Source: Eledone cirrhosa (lineage: Eukaryota). From it: a DNA stretch of 64,000 bases. Shown piece after piece: positions 1-12,067 of this stretch (its first letter is position 1; every line of letters starts with the position of its first letter). The stretch spans positions 91,140,001 through 91,204,000 of the forward strand of contig OZ024744.1 in NCBI GenBank assembly GCA_964016885.1. Direction: 5' to 3'. The notes below the pieces were generated by a model, which had not been told where the DNA came from, ran no database searches, and saw only the letters and a program-made list of their open reading frames with translations. The position numbers and the translations under genes are program-made.

Positions 1-445
1 CACAAAATGTGCTAGGGCTTATTTTCAGGGTAGGGCTTATATTTAAAATGAACAGCAACATAAAAATCACACAAGGACTTATTTTCGAGGTAGGGCTTAT
101 ATTTAAAATGAACAACAACATAAAAATCACACAAGGACTTATTTTCGAGGTAGGGCTTATATTTAAAATGAACAGCAACATAAAAATCACACAAGGACTT
201 ATTTTCGAGGTAGGGCTTATATTTAAAATGAACAACATAAAAATTACACAAGGAGTTATTTTTGAGGTAGGACTTATATTTAAAATGAACAACATAAAAA
301 TTACACAAGGAGTTATTTTTGAGGTAGGGCTAATATTTATAATGAACAACAACATATAAATCACACAAGGACTTATTTTCGAGGTAGGACTTATATTTAA
401 AATGAACAGCAACATAAAAATCATGGTAGGACTTATTTTTGGAGT
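1..445. repeat. 60/57-bp minisatellite, about 7 units, inside a pogo-like MITE ending near 470
   Basis: Unit aaaatcacacaaggacttattttcgaggtagggcttatatttaaaatgaacagcaacata. Terminus ggggaaacatgg|ta. Confidence 0.9.
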
Positions 446-504
446 AGATTTTATAATAGGGGAAACATGGTATTCACTAGAAAATAGAAATAAATAAAAC
501 TTAC

Positions 505-558
505 AGGTTCAAAGTCTAGCACCATATGGTCCTGGATTCCATATTTCTCTCTAAATGG
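505..558 (-). CDS. LARS1: LARS1 coding exon 12 (PFREKYGIQDHMVLDFEP); gene continues beyond window start
   Basis: tccAG / GTAAGT boundaries, 54 nt, phase 0-0. Matches the R.KYGI.D.MVL.FEP segment. Confidence 0.93.
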
Positions 559-645
559 CTGGATTAAAGAAAGGAAGAACCAAATCATTAACAATGAAAT
601 TCTAACACAATAAAATCACAAGTTATATTTTTTTTATATTGTTTA

Positions 646-1860
646 TCTATATTACTAAAACAGAGAATGTCTGTCTGTCTGTCTGTCTCCCTAAAACTCG
701 AGAACCACCCAACCAAGTTTTTTCAAACTTTACACATGTAATACTTATGGTCCTGTGCGTGTTTTGAGCAAAAAAAATTTCAAATTTTCAATGCCCTAGG
801 GAACGCATTAGGCGATTTAGCGATCTCTCTCTATAATTCTTAGTCTTTCTCTTTTTAGATAGATACATAGATGTAACGTTGCACCCTTATAATATCTGTC
901 TGTATGCCTGGTTGTCTGCATTACGTCATTATGATGCGGTGTGTGTGTGTATGTATATATGTATATATGTTGTGTGTGTATATATATATATACAAAAACA
1001 AAATATAAACAAACAAGGCTGGTGATTACATAATCACATGCATCACTGACAGATATTTTTGCATACACAAAAACAAAATATAAACAAACAAGGCTGGTGA
1101 TTACATAATCACATGCATCACTGACAGATATTTTTGCATACACAAAAACAAAATATAAACAAACAAGGCCAACGATTACATCAGTTAGTCTTAGTGTACT
1201 TCATACTGCTTTTAGGTAGAAGATCCTGTTAAGGGTGAAAGCAGCGATTCATTTTCTGCATTCACAGATTGATTTTTTTAGTTTCAGAAGATCCCGTTAA
1301 GGGTGAAAGCAGCGATTCTTTGCTTAAACTTTAATCTGTTATTTTAATATATATATATATAATTATGACCAAATGTTAAACAAGGTTCATTGATTATTCA
1401 ATAAATATAGTTTTACAATAGATTAAAAGCACTCAACAAAGAAGTTTTCTGGAGTTATTAATATTATTCAAAATATTAATAAATGGAAACATTCACATAA
1501 TCAAAATGTCTTGATGGTTCAATTCCAGTATTGGCAGACTGGAATTGAACCATCAGCACAGTTGAGGTATGTCATGTATCAATTTATGTATTTTATCTGA
1601 TGAGTACATACTGAAAAAACAACACAGTACCTCCAAAATATATATAATAAAACATATATTTTGATTATGTGAATGTCTTCATTTATTAATATTTTGAATA
1701 ATATATATATAATTATATATTCGTATAGATATTTTTGCATACACAATAACAAAATATAAACAAAACGTATTTATTTCACGAGGCTCGATAAAGATAAATA
1801 TATATCAAATATATAAGAACCCTAGAGCAAATCCTGAGCAACGCCGGGCCATTCTGCTAG
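646..1860 (+). mobile_element. Non-autonomous Helitron-like element
   Basis: A|TCTATATTACTAAAA 5' end, (GTCT)n, internal direct repeats, GC-rich imperfect hairpin cctgagcaacgccggg, then CTAG|T. No TSD. Confidence 0.72.
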
Positions 1861-2774
1861 TATTTATACTATTACATTGGTCATCATCATCATTATCATC
1901 ATCATTCTCATCACCACCGTTTAACATCCATTTTTCATGCTGACATGTGTTAGACAAGTTGTCCCGTTGTAAGACAAGCCAGGTCAGATGACAATGCCTT
2001 CTTCATACAGAACTGTTTTTGGATACTCTTCCTAATGCCAACCATATTTATAATAGTACTGGGTGCTTTTTGTCATGACACCTACACGACCACTTAACAG
2101 TATGGGCTGGGCACTTTTTGTCGTGACATCTACACGACCATTTTACAGTGTGTACTGGGTGCTTTTTGTCATGACACCAACATGACCACTTTACTGTGTG
2201 GGCTGGGAGTTTTTTGTTATGACACCTACTTTACAGTGTTGACTAGATACTTTTTATCATGGCTCCTACATGACCACTTTACAGTACGGACTGGGCACTT
2301 TTTTCGTGACATCTACATGATCACTTTACAGTGTGTACTGGGTGCTTTTTGTTGTAGCACATACACGACCACTTTGCAGTGCAGTGTGGACTGGGTACTT
2401 TTTGTCAGTTCCGTATGAGCAAGATATGGTCATTTGACCTCAACCCTCCTCAAATAGGACAACCTGTCAAACCCATGCTAGCTTGGAAAGTGGACGTTAA
2501 ACAGTGATAATGATGATGATAATATAGATGGAAAAATGAGTTTTTAAATCATTTTTTTAAATGATTTAAAAACTAATTTTTCCATCTATATATTTGATTA
2601 TATATGCACTTATAAATTTGGTTGGGATAAGGAAGGGTATCCAGCTGTATAATACCCAGCCAAATTTACAGTCATTGCCAGAGCAAGGAACAGCATGGCC
2701 CATGGATGACCTGTCTAACCTATGCAAGCATGGAAAAATGGACACTAAAAGATGATGATGATGATGCATATACA

Positions 2775-3220
2775 TAGGGATCAGGTGATAAAAGCTGACC
2801 TTGCCCAATTGAACCTCTCAAAGGCGATGACACAGGACCGAGACCTCTGGCGTTATGCAGTAATACAAAAGACCCAACTTCAAACGGGTACAAGCCGAAG
2901 CTGAAGCATATAGACAATATGCCCCTACCCCCTCCCACTGCAAAGTGGTCGTGGAGGTGTCATGACAAACAAACACCCAGTCCACACTGTAAAGTGGACG
3001 CGTAGGAGACACGGTAAAAAAGCACCCAGTACTCAGTGTAAATGAGGTTGGTGTTAGGAAGGGAGGGCATCCAGCTGTAGAAAACAAGCCAGAATCAGTT
3101 CCCGTATGAGCAAGACATGGTCACCCGACCTGCCATTGCCCACAATAGGACAACCCGTCTAACCCATGCTAGTGTGGAAGAATGAACATAAAACGATGAT
3201 GATGGTGATGATGATGATGA
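2775..3220 (+). mobile_element. RTE (B-type) 3' fragment with (GAT)n tail
   Basis: Aligns by eye to 39145-39570. Confidence 0.85.
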
Positions 3221-3589
3221 ATGCACCCAGTCCACTCTGTAAAGTGGTAGTGCTGGTGCTAAGATAAAATCTACCAAGTCCATTCAGTGAAGTCATAGTA
3301 CTGATGCCATAATAAAATGTACCTAGTCCCAACCTGTCAGGTGAAAGTGATGGCATAAGAATAAAATGTATCCAGTATACACTATGAAATGGTTTGGCAT
3401 TAGGAAGGGCATCCTGCTGTAGAAACTATACCATAACAGAACATATGAGCAACACATGGATGGTCACCTGACATGTCTCACTTCAGAACACGGAAACAGC
3501 CTATCTAACCCATGCATGCATAGAAAATAGACATAAAACAGTGATGATGATGATGATATATGCATACTCTCGGGTCCCAAATAATGGGA

Positions 3590-4820
3590 GCGTTGGAATA
3601 AGCTAGGGTGTTGGAATAATGGAGGGGAGGAATAAGTGTGGAGATGGGGTTGGAATAAATGGAGGGGAGGAATAAGTGTGGAGATGGGGGTTGGAATAGA
3701 CGTGGGGATGTTGGAATATGTGTGGAGATGGGGGTTGGAATAAGTGTGGAGATGGGGGGTTGGAATAGACGTGGGGATGTTGGAATATGTGTGGAGATGG
3801 GGGTTGGAATAAGTGTGGAGATGGGGGTTGGAATAGACGTGGGGATGTTGGAATATGTGTGGAGATGGGGGTTGGAATAAATGGAGTTGAGGAATAAGTG
3901 TGGAGATGGGGGTTGGAATAAATGGAGTTGAGGAATAAGTGTGGAGATGGGGGTTAGAATAGACGTGGGGGTATTGGAATAGATGGGGGGGGGGAATATG
4001 TGTGGAGATGGGGGGGGGGGAATAAGTGTGGAGATGGAGGTTGGAATAAGTGTGGAGATGGGGGTTGGAATAGACGTGGGGTGTTGGAATAGATGGAGGG
4101 GTGTTGGAATATGTGTGGAGATGGGGTTGGAATAGACGCCGGGGTGTTGGAATAGATGGAGGGGTGTTGGAATATGTGTGGAGATGGGGTTGGAATAGAC
4201 GCCGGGGTGTTGGAATAGATGGCGGTGGGGTGTTGCAATATGTGTGGAGATGGGGATTGGAATAAATGGGGTGGGGGGTTGGAATAAGTGTGGAGATGGG
4301 GGTTGGAATAAGTGTGGAGATGCTACGTACAAAGTTAACCTACAGTCAGTAGGCATCTCTTAACCAAATATACACCCCAACCCACTACCCCTAATCCATC
4401 CTCCCACTCCTTTCTCTGTAAAGTTATGTTGGTACCACAACATCCAGTCCTAAATAAATGGGGTTGTGTAGGTGACACGACAAAAAAAGCACCCAGTCCG
4501 CACTGTAATGTGGTCGTTTAGGTAACATGGTAAAAAGGCTCCCAGTCCACACTGTAAACGTGGTTGGTGTTAGAAAGGGCATCCAGCCGTAGAAAACCTG
4601 CCAAATACAGTCCTATACGAGCGAGACATGGTCACCTGATCAATCTTGTCTCAAGTGGGACAATTCCCGTTTAACCCATGCTTGCGTGGAAGATAGACGT
4701 TAAACGATGATGATGATGATGATGATGGGGATTGGAATAAGTGTGGAGATGGGGGATGGAATAAATGAGGGTGGTGTTGGAATACCTGTGGAAGATAGAG
4801 TTGGAATAAATGAGGGTTGG
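3590..4820. repeat. G-rich 20-24 bp minisatellite (GGAATAAGTGTGGAGATGGGGGTT), interrupted by an RTE fragment
   Basis: Direct inspection. It also explains the Pro-rich ORF 3505-4356. Confidence 0.9.
4322..4726 (+). mobile_element. RTE (A-type) 3'UTR fragment inserted in a G-rich minisatellite
   Basis: Aligns to 25137-25513. The minisatellite resumes after the (GAT)n tail. Confidence 0.8.
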
Positions 4821-5253
4821 AAAAATCAATAATTTTTCTAGGTTGTCTTCGGTGATTTTTATTTTACAGTATTTAGTTTTCATACGTGCCAGTGCCCCAG
4901 CATGGCCTCAGCCTGTTGGCTGGAAGGTGTAATAAAATAATAGAGTAATATTGAGGTCCAAACTCATCCTATTTATTTTATAACGTATGGGATTTCTAGT
5001 AATGTACTTTTTATGGTCATGTTTAATGTTTTTTAATGTTTAAAGATCTGAATTAATAATAGTTACAGGAATGCTACCACTTAAAATAAAATGTCACTGG
5101 AGTTAGATAATAGATTAGTAAAATTTAATAAGTAGAGGGAGGGGGGATGAAAAAAATCTGAAAAATTAATAAGTGGGGTGGAGATGGGGGTAATTATTCA
5201 AGACTCGGGAGTTTATGTTTATTAACCCTTTAGCATTTACATTACTGTATATA

Positions 5254-5602
5254 AGGGTAAAGGGTAAAGACCCCGTTCGGTCACGAATGACCATGAGATT
5301 TACACCTAGAAAGTTTCCCTCCGAGGCACAAGCCTGGGCAAAGTTGTTTGCGGAAGACCGGCAACCACGCATGCATACCAATCTCCCCTCACCACATCAC
5401 CAATGATGTCCAAGGGAAAGGCAATGACCGATACAGCTTGGCACCGGTGATGTCGCAACTAATTTCTACAGCTGAGTAAACAGGAGCAACGTGAAATAAA
5501 GTGTCTTGCTCAAGGACACAACGCATCACCCGGTCTTAGAATCAAACTCACAACCTCATGATGGCAAGCCCAATACTCTAACCACTAAGCCATACACCTT
5601 CA
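5254..5602 (-). mobile_element. tRNA-derived SINE with the same head/core but a different 3' part, (TTTACCC)n tail
   Basis: Head and core at 5460-5600 are homologous to the five-copy SINE. Flanked by duplicated attact(g/c)tatata, a probable TSD inside a MITE. Confidence 0.75.
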
Positions 5603-6064
5603 CATCTATATTACTCTATATATACTATTGTGAAGGCGCATGGCTGAATTGGATTTGCAATCGTAAGGTTGTGATTTTGATTCCCGGATCAAGGGATGCG
5701 TTTTGTCCTTCAGCAAAACACTTTATTTCACGTTGCTCCTTCAACCTGAATTTGCGACCGACAGTATTAACAATTGGAAAGACCAATGGGAACATTTTTC
5801 CTCAGTCATATTTGACAAGCTCCACCCCATTTGTGAAGCAAATGAGGTCTGGGATCTAGTCGATCGATATATATATATATATATATATACATATATAATC
5901 ATCATTAACATCTATCTTCCATGATAGCATGGGTAAAATATATATACTATTGTATTTTTATAGTAAAGGCTTTATTTCTCACATAATTGTTTGTATCACA
6001 TAATATCAAATCTACAAGATTTTGTTATTTATTTTGAGAACAATATCTTAACATAAGTATGAGT

Positions 6065-7495
6065 GGCCAGTTATAGCCAGTTTGAACAGAAAGAGGTGAG
6101 AGACTTTTGACCAGATACAACCGGTTTAAACAGAAAGAGGCAAAAGAATTTTGGCCAGATACAGCTGGTTTGAATAGAAAGAAGTGAAAGAATTCTGGCC
6201 AGATACAGCCGGTTTGAACAGAAAGAGGTGAGAGAATTCTGGCCAGATACAGCCAGTTTGAACAGAAAGAGGTGAGAGAATTCTGGCCAGATACAGCCAG
6301 TTTGAACAGAAAGAGCTGAGAGAATTTTGACCAGATACAGCCAGTTTGAACAGAAAGAAGTGAGAGAATTCTGGCCAGATACAACCGGTTTGAACAGAAA
6401 GACGTGAGAGAATTCTGGCTGGATACAGTTGGTTTGAACAGAAAGAGGTGAGAGAATTCTGGCCGGATACAGCCGGTTTGAACAGAAAGAGGTGAAAGAA
6501 TTTTCACCGGATACAGTCGGTTTGAACAGAAAGAGGTGAGAGAATTTTGGCTAGATACAGCCAGTTTGAACAGAAAGAAGTGAGAGAATTCTGGCCAGAT
6601 ACAACCGGTTTGAACAGAAAGAGGCGAGAGAATTTTGGCTAGATACAGTCGGTTTGAACAGAAAAAAGGTGAGAGAATTCTGGCCAGATACAGTCGGTTT
6701 GAACAGAAAGAGGTGAGAGAATTTTGGCCAGATACAGCCGGTTTGAACAGAAAGAAGTGAGAGAATTCTGGCCAGATACAACCGGTTTGAACAGAAAGAG
6801 GTGAGAGAATTTTGGCTAGATACAGTCGGTTTGAACAGAAAAAAGGTGAGAGAATTCTGGCCAGATACAGTCGGTTTGAACAGAAAGAGGTGAGAGAATT
6901 TTGGCCAGATACAGCCGGTTTGAACAGAAAGAAGTGAGAGAATTCTGGCCAGATACAACCGGTTTGAACAGAAAGAGGTGAGAGAATTTTGGCTAGATAC
7001 AGTCGGTTTGAACAGAAAAAAGGTGAGAGAATTCTGGCCAGATACAGTCGGTTTGAACAGAAAGAGGTGAGAGAATTTTGGCCAGATACAGCCGGTTTGA
7101 ACAGAAAGAGGTGAGAGAATTTTGGCCAGATACAGCCGGTTTGAACAAAAAGAGGTGAGAGAATTTTGGCTAGATACAGCCAGTTTGAACAGAAAGAGGT
7201 GAGAGAATTTTGGCCAGATACAGCCGGTTTGAACAAAAAGAGGTGAGAGAATTTTGGCCAGATACAGCCAGTTTGAACAGAAAGAGGTGAGAGAATTTTG
7301 GCCAGATACAGCCGGTTTGAACAAAAAGAGGTGAGAGAATTTTGGCCAGATACAGCCAGTTTGAACAGAAAGAGGTGAGAGAATTTTGGCCAGATACAGC
7401 CGGTTTGAACAAAAAGAGGTGAGAGAATTTTGGCCAGATACAACCGGTTTGAACAGAAAAAAGTGAGAGAATTCTGGCTGGATACAGCCAGTTTA
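6065..7495. repeat. 44-bp minisatellite, about 32 units, with a 177-bp higher-order block
   Basis: Unit gccagatacagccggtttgaacagaaagaggtgagagaattttg. The gaaaaaaggt variant recurs at 6661, 6838 and 7015. Confidence 0.95.
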
Positions 7496-7527
7496 AATGT
7501 TAATGCGTTAAAGGATTTCGTTTTTAC

Positions 7528-7604
7528 CTGTTTGTTTTTTAAATCTCGTAGTGCTACAAAGTCGTCAGGTGAATCTGAAGGTACACTTGTCACAATTCCA
7601 GTTC
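7528..7604 (-). CDS. LARS1: LARS1 coding exon 11, CP1 GTG/Asp editing motif (GTGIVTSVPSDSPDDFVALRDLKNKQ)
   Basis: tacAG / GTAAAA boundaries, 77 nt, phase 1-0. Confidence 0.97.
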
Positions 7605-7717
7605 CTGTATTAAAGAAACAAACATACATTACATATTTGTACAGTGTTTTTTTTTTTTTATAAAACACTAATCTTGTATACCTATTCATTTTAGTTTATT
7701 TGGCTCACTTTATATGC

Positions 7718-8287
7718 AGAGGTATAACTAAGGTATGACAAGTATGGCAAGTATGGCACGTGCCATGGGTTCCACCTGAAGGGGGCGCCACTTGAAATAG
7801 GAGCACGTTCTATTAAAATCAAATAAGCCTCATCGGAGAGTGAAAAAAGAAACTCCTTCAGATGTACGATCTGTCTTTGATTATCATGGGTGAGAACACT
7901 ATGGTGGCTGGATCATTAAACCATTTATATAAATTATTAGACCGATAGGTGAAAATACAGTGCTGGGAACTACATGATCACAGAGTCATACCATATAGTA
8001 TGACTTGTCAGATATTTTGATAGCGTTTTAATATTTGTCAAAAATCAGTATTAAACAGATCACTCCCTTTAAATACAATAACTCTATTGTCAATACTATA
8101 CTTAAGCGTAAAGGATACCTATAGAACAAATGAAAATGCAGTTTAATACCCTAAACCCTCATTTGTTTAAACTGCGCTGTCAATCCCATTGTCTAACAAC
8201 TACTATATAGTTTGCTGCATGGTAAAAATACAGTGCTGAGCAGGGGTGCAATTTCACTGCTTGCCATAGGCATTATTTATGCCTCTG
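7718..8287. mobile_element. MITE with CAGAGG(T/C)ATAA terminal inverted repeats (hAT-like)
   Basis: cagaggtataacta at the left and tatttatgcctctg at the right. TSD ambiguous. Confidence 0.45.
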
Positions 8288-8314
8288 CATTTATATCCAT
8301 GTATAAGGCGCAAT

Positions 8315-8657
8315 GGAGGCACATAGCTTAGTGGTTAGAGCATTGGCCTTGCAATCGAAAGGTTGTGAGTTCAATTCTCAGACCGGGTGATGTGTTGTTT
8401 CCTTGAGCAAGACACTTTATTTCACATTGCTCCAGTTTACTCAGCTGTAGAAATGAGATGATAGGGACTGGGATCCCTATCATTCCACTGTAAAGTGGAC
8501 GTGTAGGCGCCACGGCAAAAAAGCACCCAGCACTCACTGTAAATGAGGTTGGTGTTAGGAAGGGCAACCAGCTGTAGAAATCTAGCCAGAATCAGTTTCC
8601 GTCCCACCCTTGCAAGCAGGGAAAAGCAGACGTAAAATGATGATGATGATGATGATG
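8315..8657 (+). mobile_element. tRNA-derived SINE (CORE-like middle, RTE-derived 3' part), copy 1 of 5
   Basis: A box (T[A/G]GCTTAGTGG), B box (GAGTTCAATTC), CCTTGAGCAAGACACTT core, RTE tail and (TGA)n. Confidence 0.88.
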
Positions 8658-10061
8658 AAGGCACACTAGTAGATTAAGACAGATCTCAATTTTACATACA
8701 ACCTTTGCAATGTACCATATATTTTGAATTGAGGTTTTGTAGATACACTAGTCAAGTTGCATGCTGGTATTTCATAAAGTATTATGGAAAATTATGCAAC
8801 TTATACAGTATATGCAATATATACTTGTATATAAGACACACCTCCACTTTACATATAATAACAATTTACCATATATTTTGAAATGAGGTTTTATAGGTCC
8901 AATAGATAAGTTACATTCTGGTTTTTCATATATTCTCATGGAAAAATGGGCAAAATATACACAAGTATATACAGTATATCATATATGCTTGTGTATAAGT
9001 CACATCTCCGTTTTACTCACAACCATTACAATGTACCATCATCATCACTGTTTAACATCCATGTTTCCACACAGGCATGGGTTAGATGAGTTATCCTGTT
9101 GTAAGCAATGCCAGGTCAGGTGACCATGTCTTGTGCATACAGAACCATATATTTTTAATTAGAATTTGGTAGTTCCAGTAAATAAATTACATGTTGCTTT
9201 TTTACACAATATTTTCATGGAAAAAGGTGCGACTTATACATAGGCATATACACTATATGCCATAAATACTTGTATATAAGGAACACCAATAGATAGGTCA
9301 CACCTCCATTTTACATACATTTACATTGTCGTTTTAACATCTGCTTTCCCTGCTAAGAAGGGTTGGACAGGTCCATACAGACCAAGTCAATATTGAAGCA
9401 GAGCCACTGATCTCCCAGGCAAGCCAGAGATTTATCTGTGTTTCGCTTATATATGGTTTCACATTCCGAGTGCTCAGGAGAGGTTGTCATGTTTTGAAAT
9501 AACTGAGAGTCCTCCAACACTGTTTGGCAAGATTTCTATGGCTAGATGCTTTTCCTATCACTAACCACTTTATAGGGTGTACTAAGTGCATTTATCGTGT
9601 AAATGAACATCACCAGGGAGGTTGTCATGCTCTTGAAATGACTGAAGGGGTCCTCGTGACCCTTTGTTTGGCAAGCTTTCTATAGCTGGATACCCTTCCT
9701 ATTACCAACCACTTTACATAGGGTGTACTAAGTGTGTTTATCATGTAAATCACCATCACCAGGGAGGAAGATATTAATTTCAATAAGACCCCTTTAAAAT
9801 AAGTGGTTTTGAATCATAGGACCAGAGATGGTTTTGAGTGGGTTGGTATCCAAAGAGTTAAACATGATGGAGCTCATTCCTGTCGAAGTCTGAACTCAGC
9901 TGATTTCTTCCAGAGAAGGAGAGGAAGAGAGAAAAGGTAAGAAAGAGACCTAAAGGAAGAACTGACCCCAGTATTGAGCTGGCTACTTTATTTATTGACC
10001 ATGAAAGGATGAAAGGTGAAGTTGAACTTGAAACTCTAGAACACTGGTTTTTAATTTCTAG

Positions 10062-11010
10062 TAGATGACACGACAAAAACGACCCAGCCCACACATTGTA
10101 AAATGGTCATGTTAGTGTCATGACAAAAAGCACCTAGTACACACTGTAAAGTGGTCATGTAGGTGTCATGACAAAAAGCACCCAGTACACACTGTAAAGT
10201 GGTCATGTAGATGTCACGACAAAAAGCACCCAGCCCACACTGTAAAGTGGTCGTGTAGGTGTCACGACAAAAAGCACCCAGCCCACACTGTAAAGTGGTC
10301 GTGTAGGTGTCACGACAAAAAGCACCCAGCCCACACTGTAAAGTGGTCGTGTAGGTGTCACGACAAAAAGCACCCAGCCCACACTGTAAAGTGGTCGTGT
10401 AGGTGTCACGACAAAAAGCACCCAGCCCACACTGTAAAGTGGTCGTGTAGGTGTCACGACAAAAAGCACCCAGCCCACACTGTAAAGTGGTCGTGTAGGT
10501 GTCACGACAAAAAGCACCCAGCCCAACTGTAAAGTGGTCGTGTAGGTGTCACGACAAAAAGCACCCAGCCCACACTGTAAAGTGGTCATGTAGATGTCAC
10601 GACAAAAAGCACCCAGCCCACACTGTAAAGTGGTCGTGTAGGTGTCACGACAAAAAGCACCCAGCCCACACTGTAAAGTGGTCGTGTAGGTGTCACGACA
10701 AAAAGCACCCAGCCCACACTGTAAAGTGGTCGTGTAGGTGTCACGACAAAAAGCACCCAGCCCACACTGTAAAGTGGTCGTGTAGGTGTCACGACAAAAA
10801 GCACCCAGCCCAACTGTAAAGTGGTCGTGTAGGTGTCACGACAAAAAGCACCCAGCCCACACTGTAAAGTGGTCATGTAGGTGTCACGACAAAAAGCACC
10901 CAGCCCACACTGTAAAGTGGTCGTGTAGGTGTCACGACAAAAAGCACCCAGCCCACACTGTAAAGTGGTCGTGTAGGTGTCACGACAAAAAGCACCCAGT
11001 ACTCACAGTA
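10062..11010. repeat. 48-bp minisatellite, about 20 units, derived from the RTE 3'UTR and followed by an RTE tail to about 11180
   Basis: Unit gtcacgacaaaaagcacccagcccacactgtaaagtggtcgtgtaggt, homologous to 39295-39395. Confidence 0.95.
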
Positions 11011-11243
11011 AATGTGGTTGTCATTAAGGGTATCCAGCTATAGAAACCAAGCCAGAATCAGTTCTGTATGAGCAAGGTGTGGTCCTCCAACCTGGCATAT
11101 CTCACAATGGGACAACTCATCTAACTCACGTTAACATGGAAAATGGGCGTTAAACTGCGATGATTATGATGGTGATGATATTTCATTTTTTTTTTTTTTT
11201 CTAAATTACTAGAAACGTAGGTAGAATTGAAAACTTAATTAAC

Positions 11244-11331
11244 CTTTATCTTCTTTGATAGTCAACATTGGTAGGGTATAGATACATTGATAACTGGTGA
11301 GAGGTGCATGTAGTTTTACACCTAATATATC
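11244..11331 (-). CDS. LARS1: LARS1 coding exon 10 ([29 protein letters not shown])
   Basis: ttcAG / GTTAAT boundaries, 88 nt, phase 0-1. Confidence 0.96.
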
Positions 11332-11361
11332 CTGAAATTAGAATAAATAAATAAATAAATT

Positions 11362-11602
11362 GGTATCACGGCAAAAAGTACCCAGCCCACACAGTAAAGT
11401 AGTCATGTAGGTGTCACAACAAAATACACCTAATTCACACTGTAAAGTGGTCATACAGGGGTCACGACAAAATACACCTAATTCACACTGTAAAGTGGTC
11501 ATACAGGGGTCATGACAAAAAGCGTCTAGCCTACACTGTAAAGAGGACTTGTAGGTATCATGACAAAATACACCCAGTCCACACTGAAATGTAGTCATGT
11601 AG
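11362..11602. repeat. Diverged 48-bp array, about 5 units
   Basis: Same unit as 10062-11010. Confidence 0.85.
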
Positions 11603-12067
11603 AGATAGGAAAATACTACTCTACTTCCCCCTCTCACAAACTAATTAAAATATCATGTACAAACAAATGAAAAGAATAGTTTTTTTGTTGTTGTTTGTGT
11701 GTGTATGCCTCTGTGTGTGCGTGTGTGTGTGCGTGTCTATGTTTCTGTATGACCTTCAACATATAGACAATGCAACAGACTTAAAAAAGACTTTCACTAT
11801 AATGACAGGTTGTTATTGAGAGAGAGAGAGAGTGTGTGTGTGTGTGTGTGTGTGAAAGATAGATAGAATTAAAATCTGTTAAAAGAATAAAACAACAGGT
11901 GTGTTTTTCTTATTGAGAAAGAAATACAGTGAGAGAATTGTCACCATACTAAGAGTTTTAATTGAAAATGTGGAAATTTTAAGTGCAAGTCTGTCAACAC
12001 AGGTGGAAAAACCTGTGTGTGTGTGTCTGTCTGTCTGTCCTAAAGAAAACCCCAGGCTACAACTAGC

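Larger units (their letters stand above)
5226..7507 (+). mobile_element. piggyBac-type (TTAA) MITE expanded by SINE insertions and a 44-bp array
   Basis: TTAA|CCCTTTAGCATTTA at the left end, degenerate TAAATGTTAATGCG|TTAA at the right. Internal sequence matches the 218-bp copy at 56753-56970. Confidence 0.75.

Noticed and set aside
9-359. 116-aa ORF with a 20-aa repeat
   Set aside because: 60-bp minisatellite inside a MITE.
3505-4356. 283-aa Pro-rich ORF
   Set aside because: It is the translation of a G-rich minisatellite and has no splice or homology support.
8315-8390. tRNA-like sequence with a GCA anticodon-like loop
   Set aside because: It is the head of a multi-copy SINE and has no proper acceptor stem or Pol III terminator.
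8328-8567. Recurring 79-aa ORF MPFLTPTSFTVSAGCFF... (four copies)
   Set aside because: Antisense reading of the SINE; conservation reflects recent copying, not coding.
10062-11010. Regular 48-bp array resembling a CRISPR array (also the 28, 44, 72, 82 and 105-bp arrays)
   Set aside because: Units are contiguous with no unique spacers, there are no cas genes, and the context is a eukaryotic intron.
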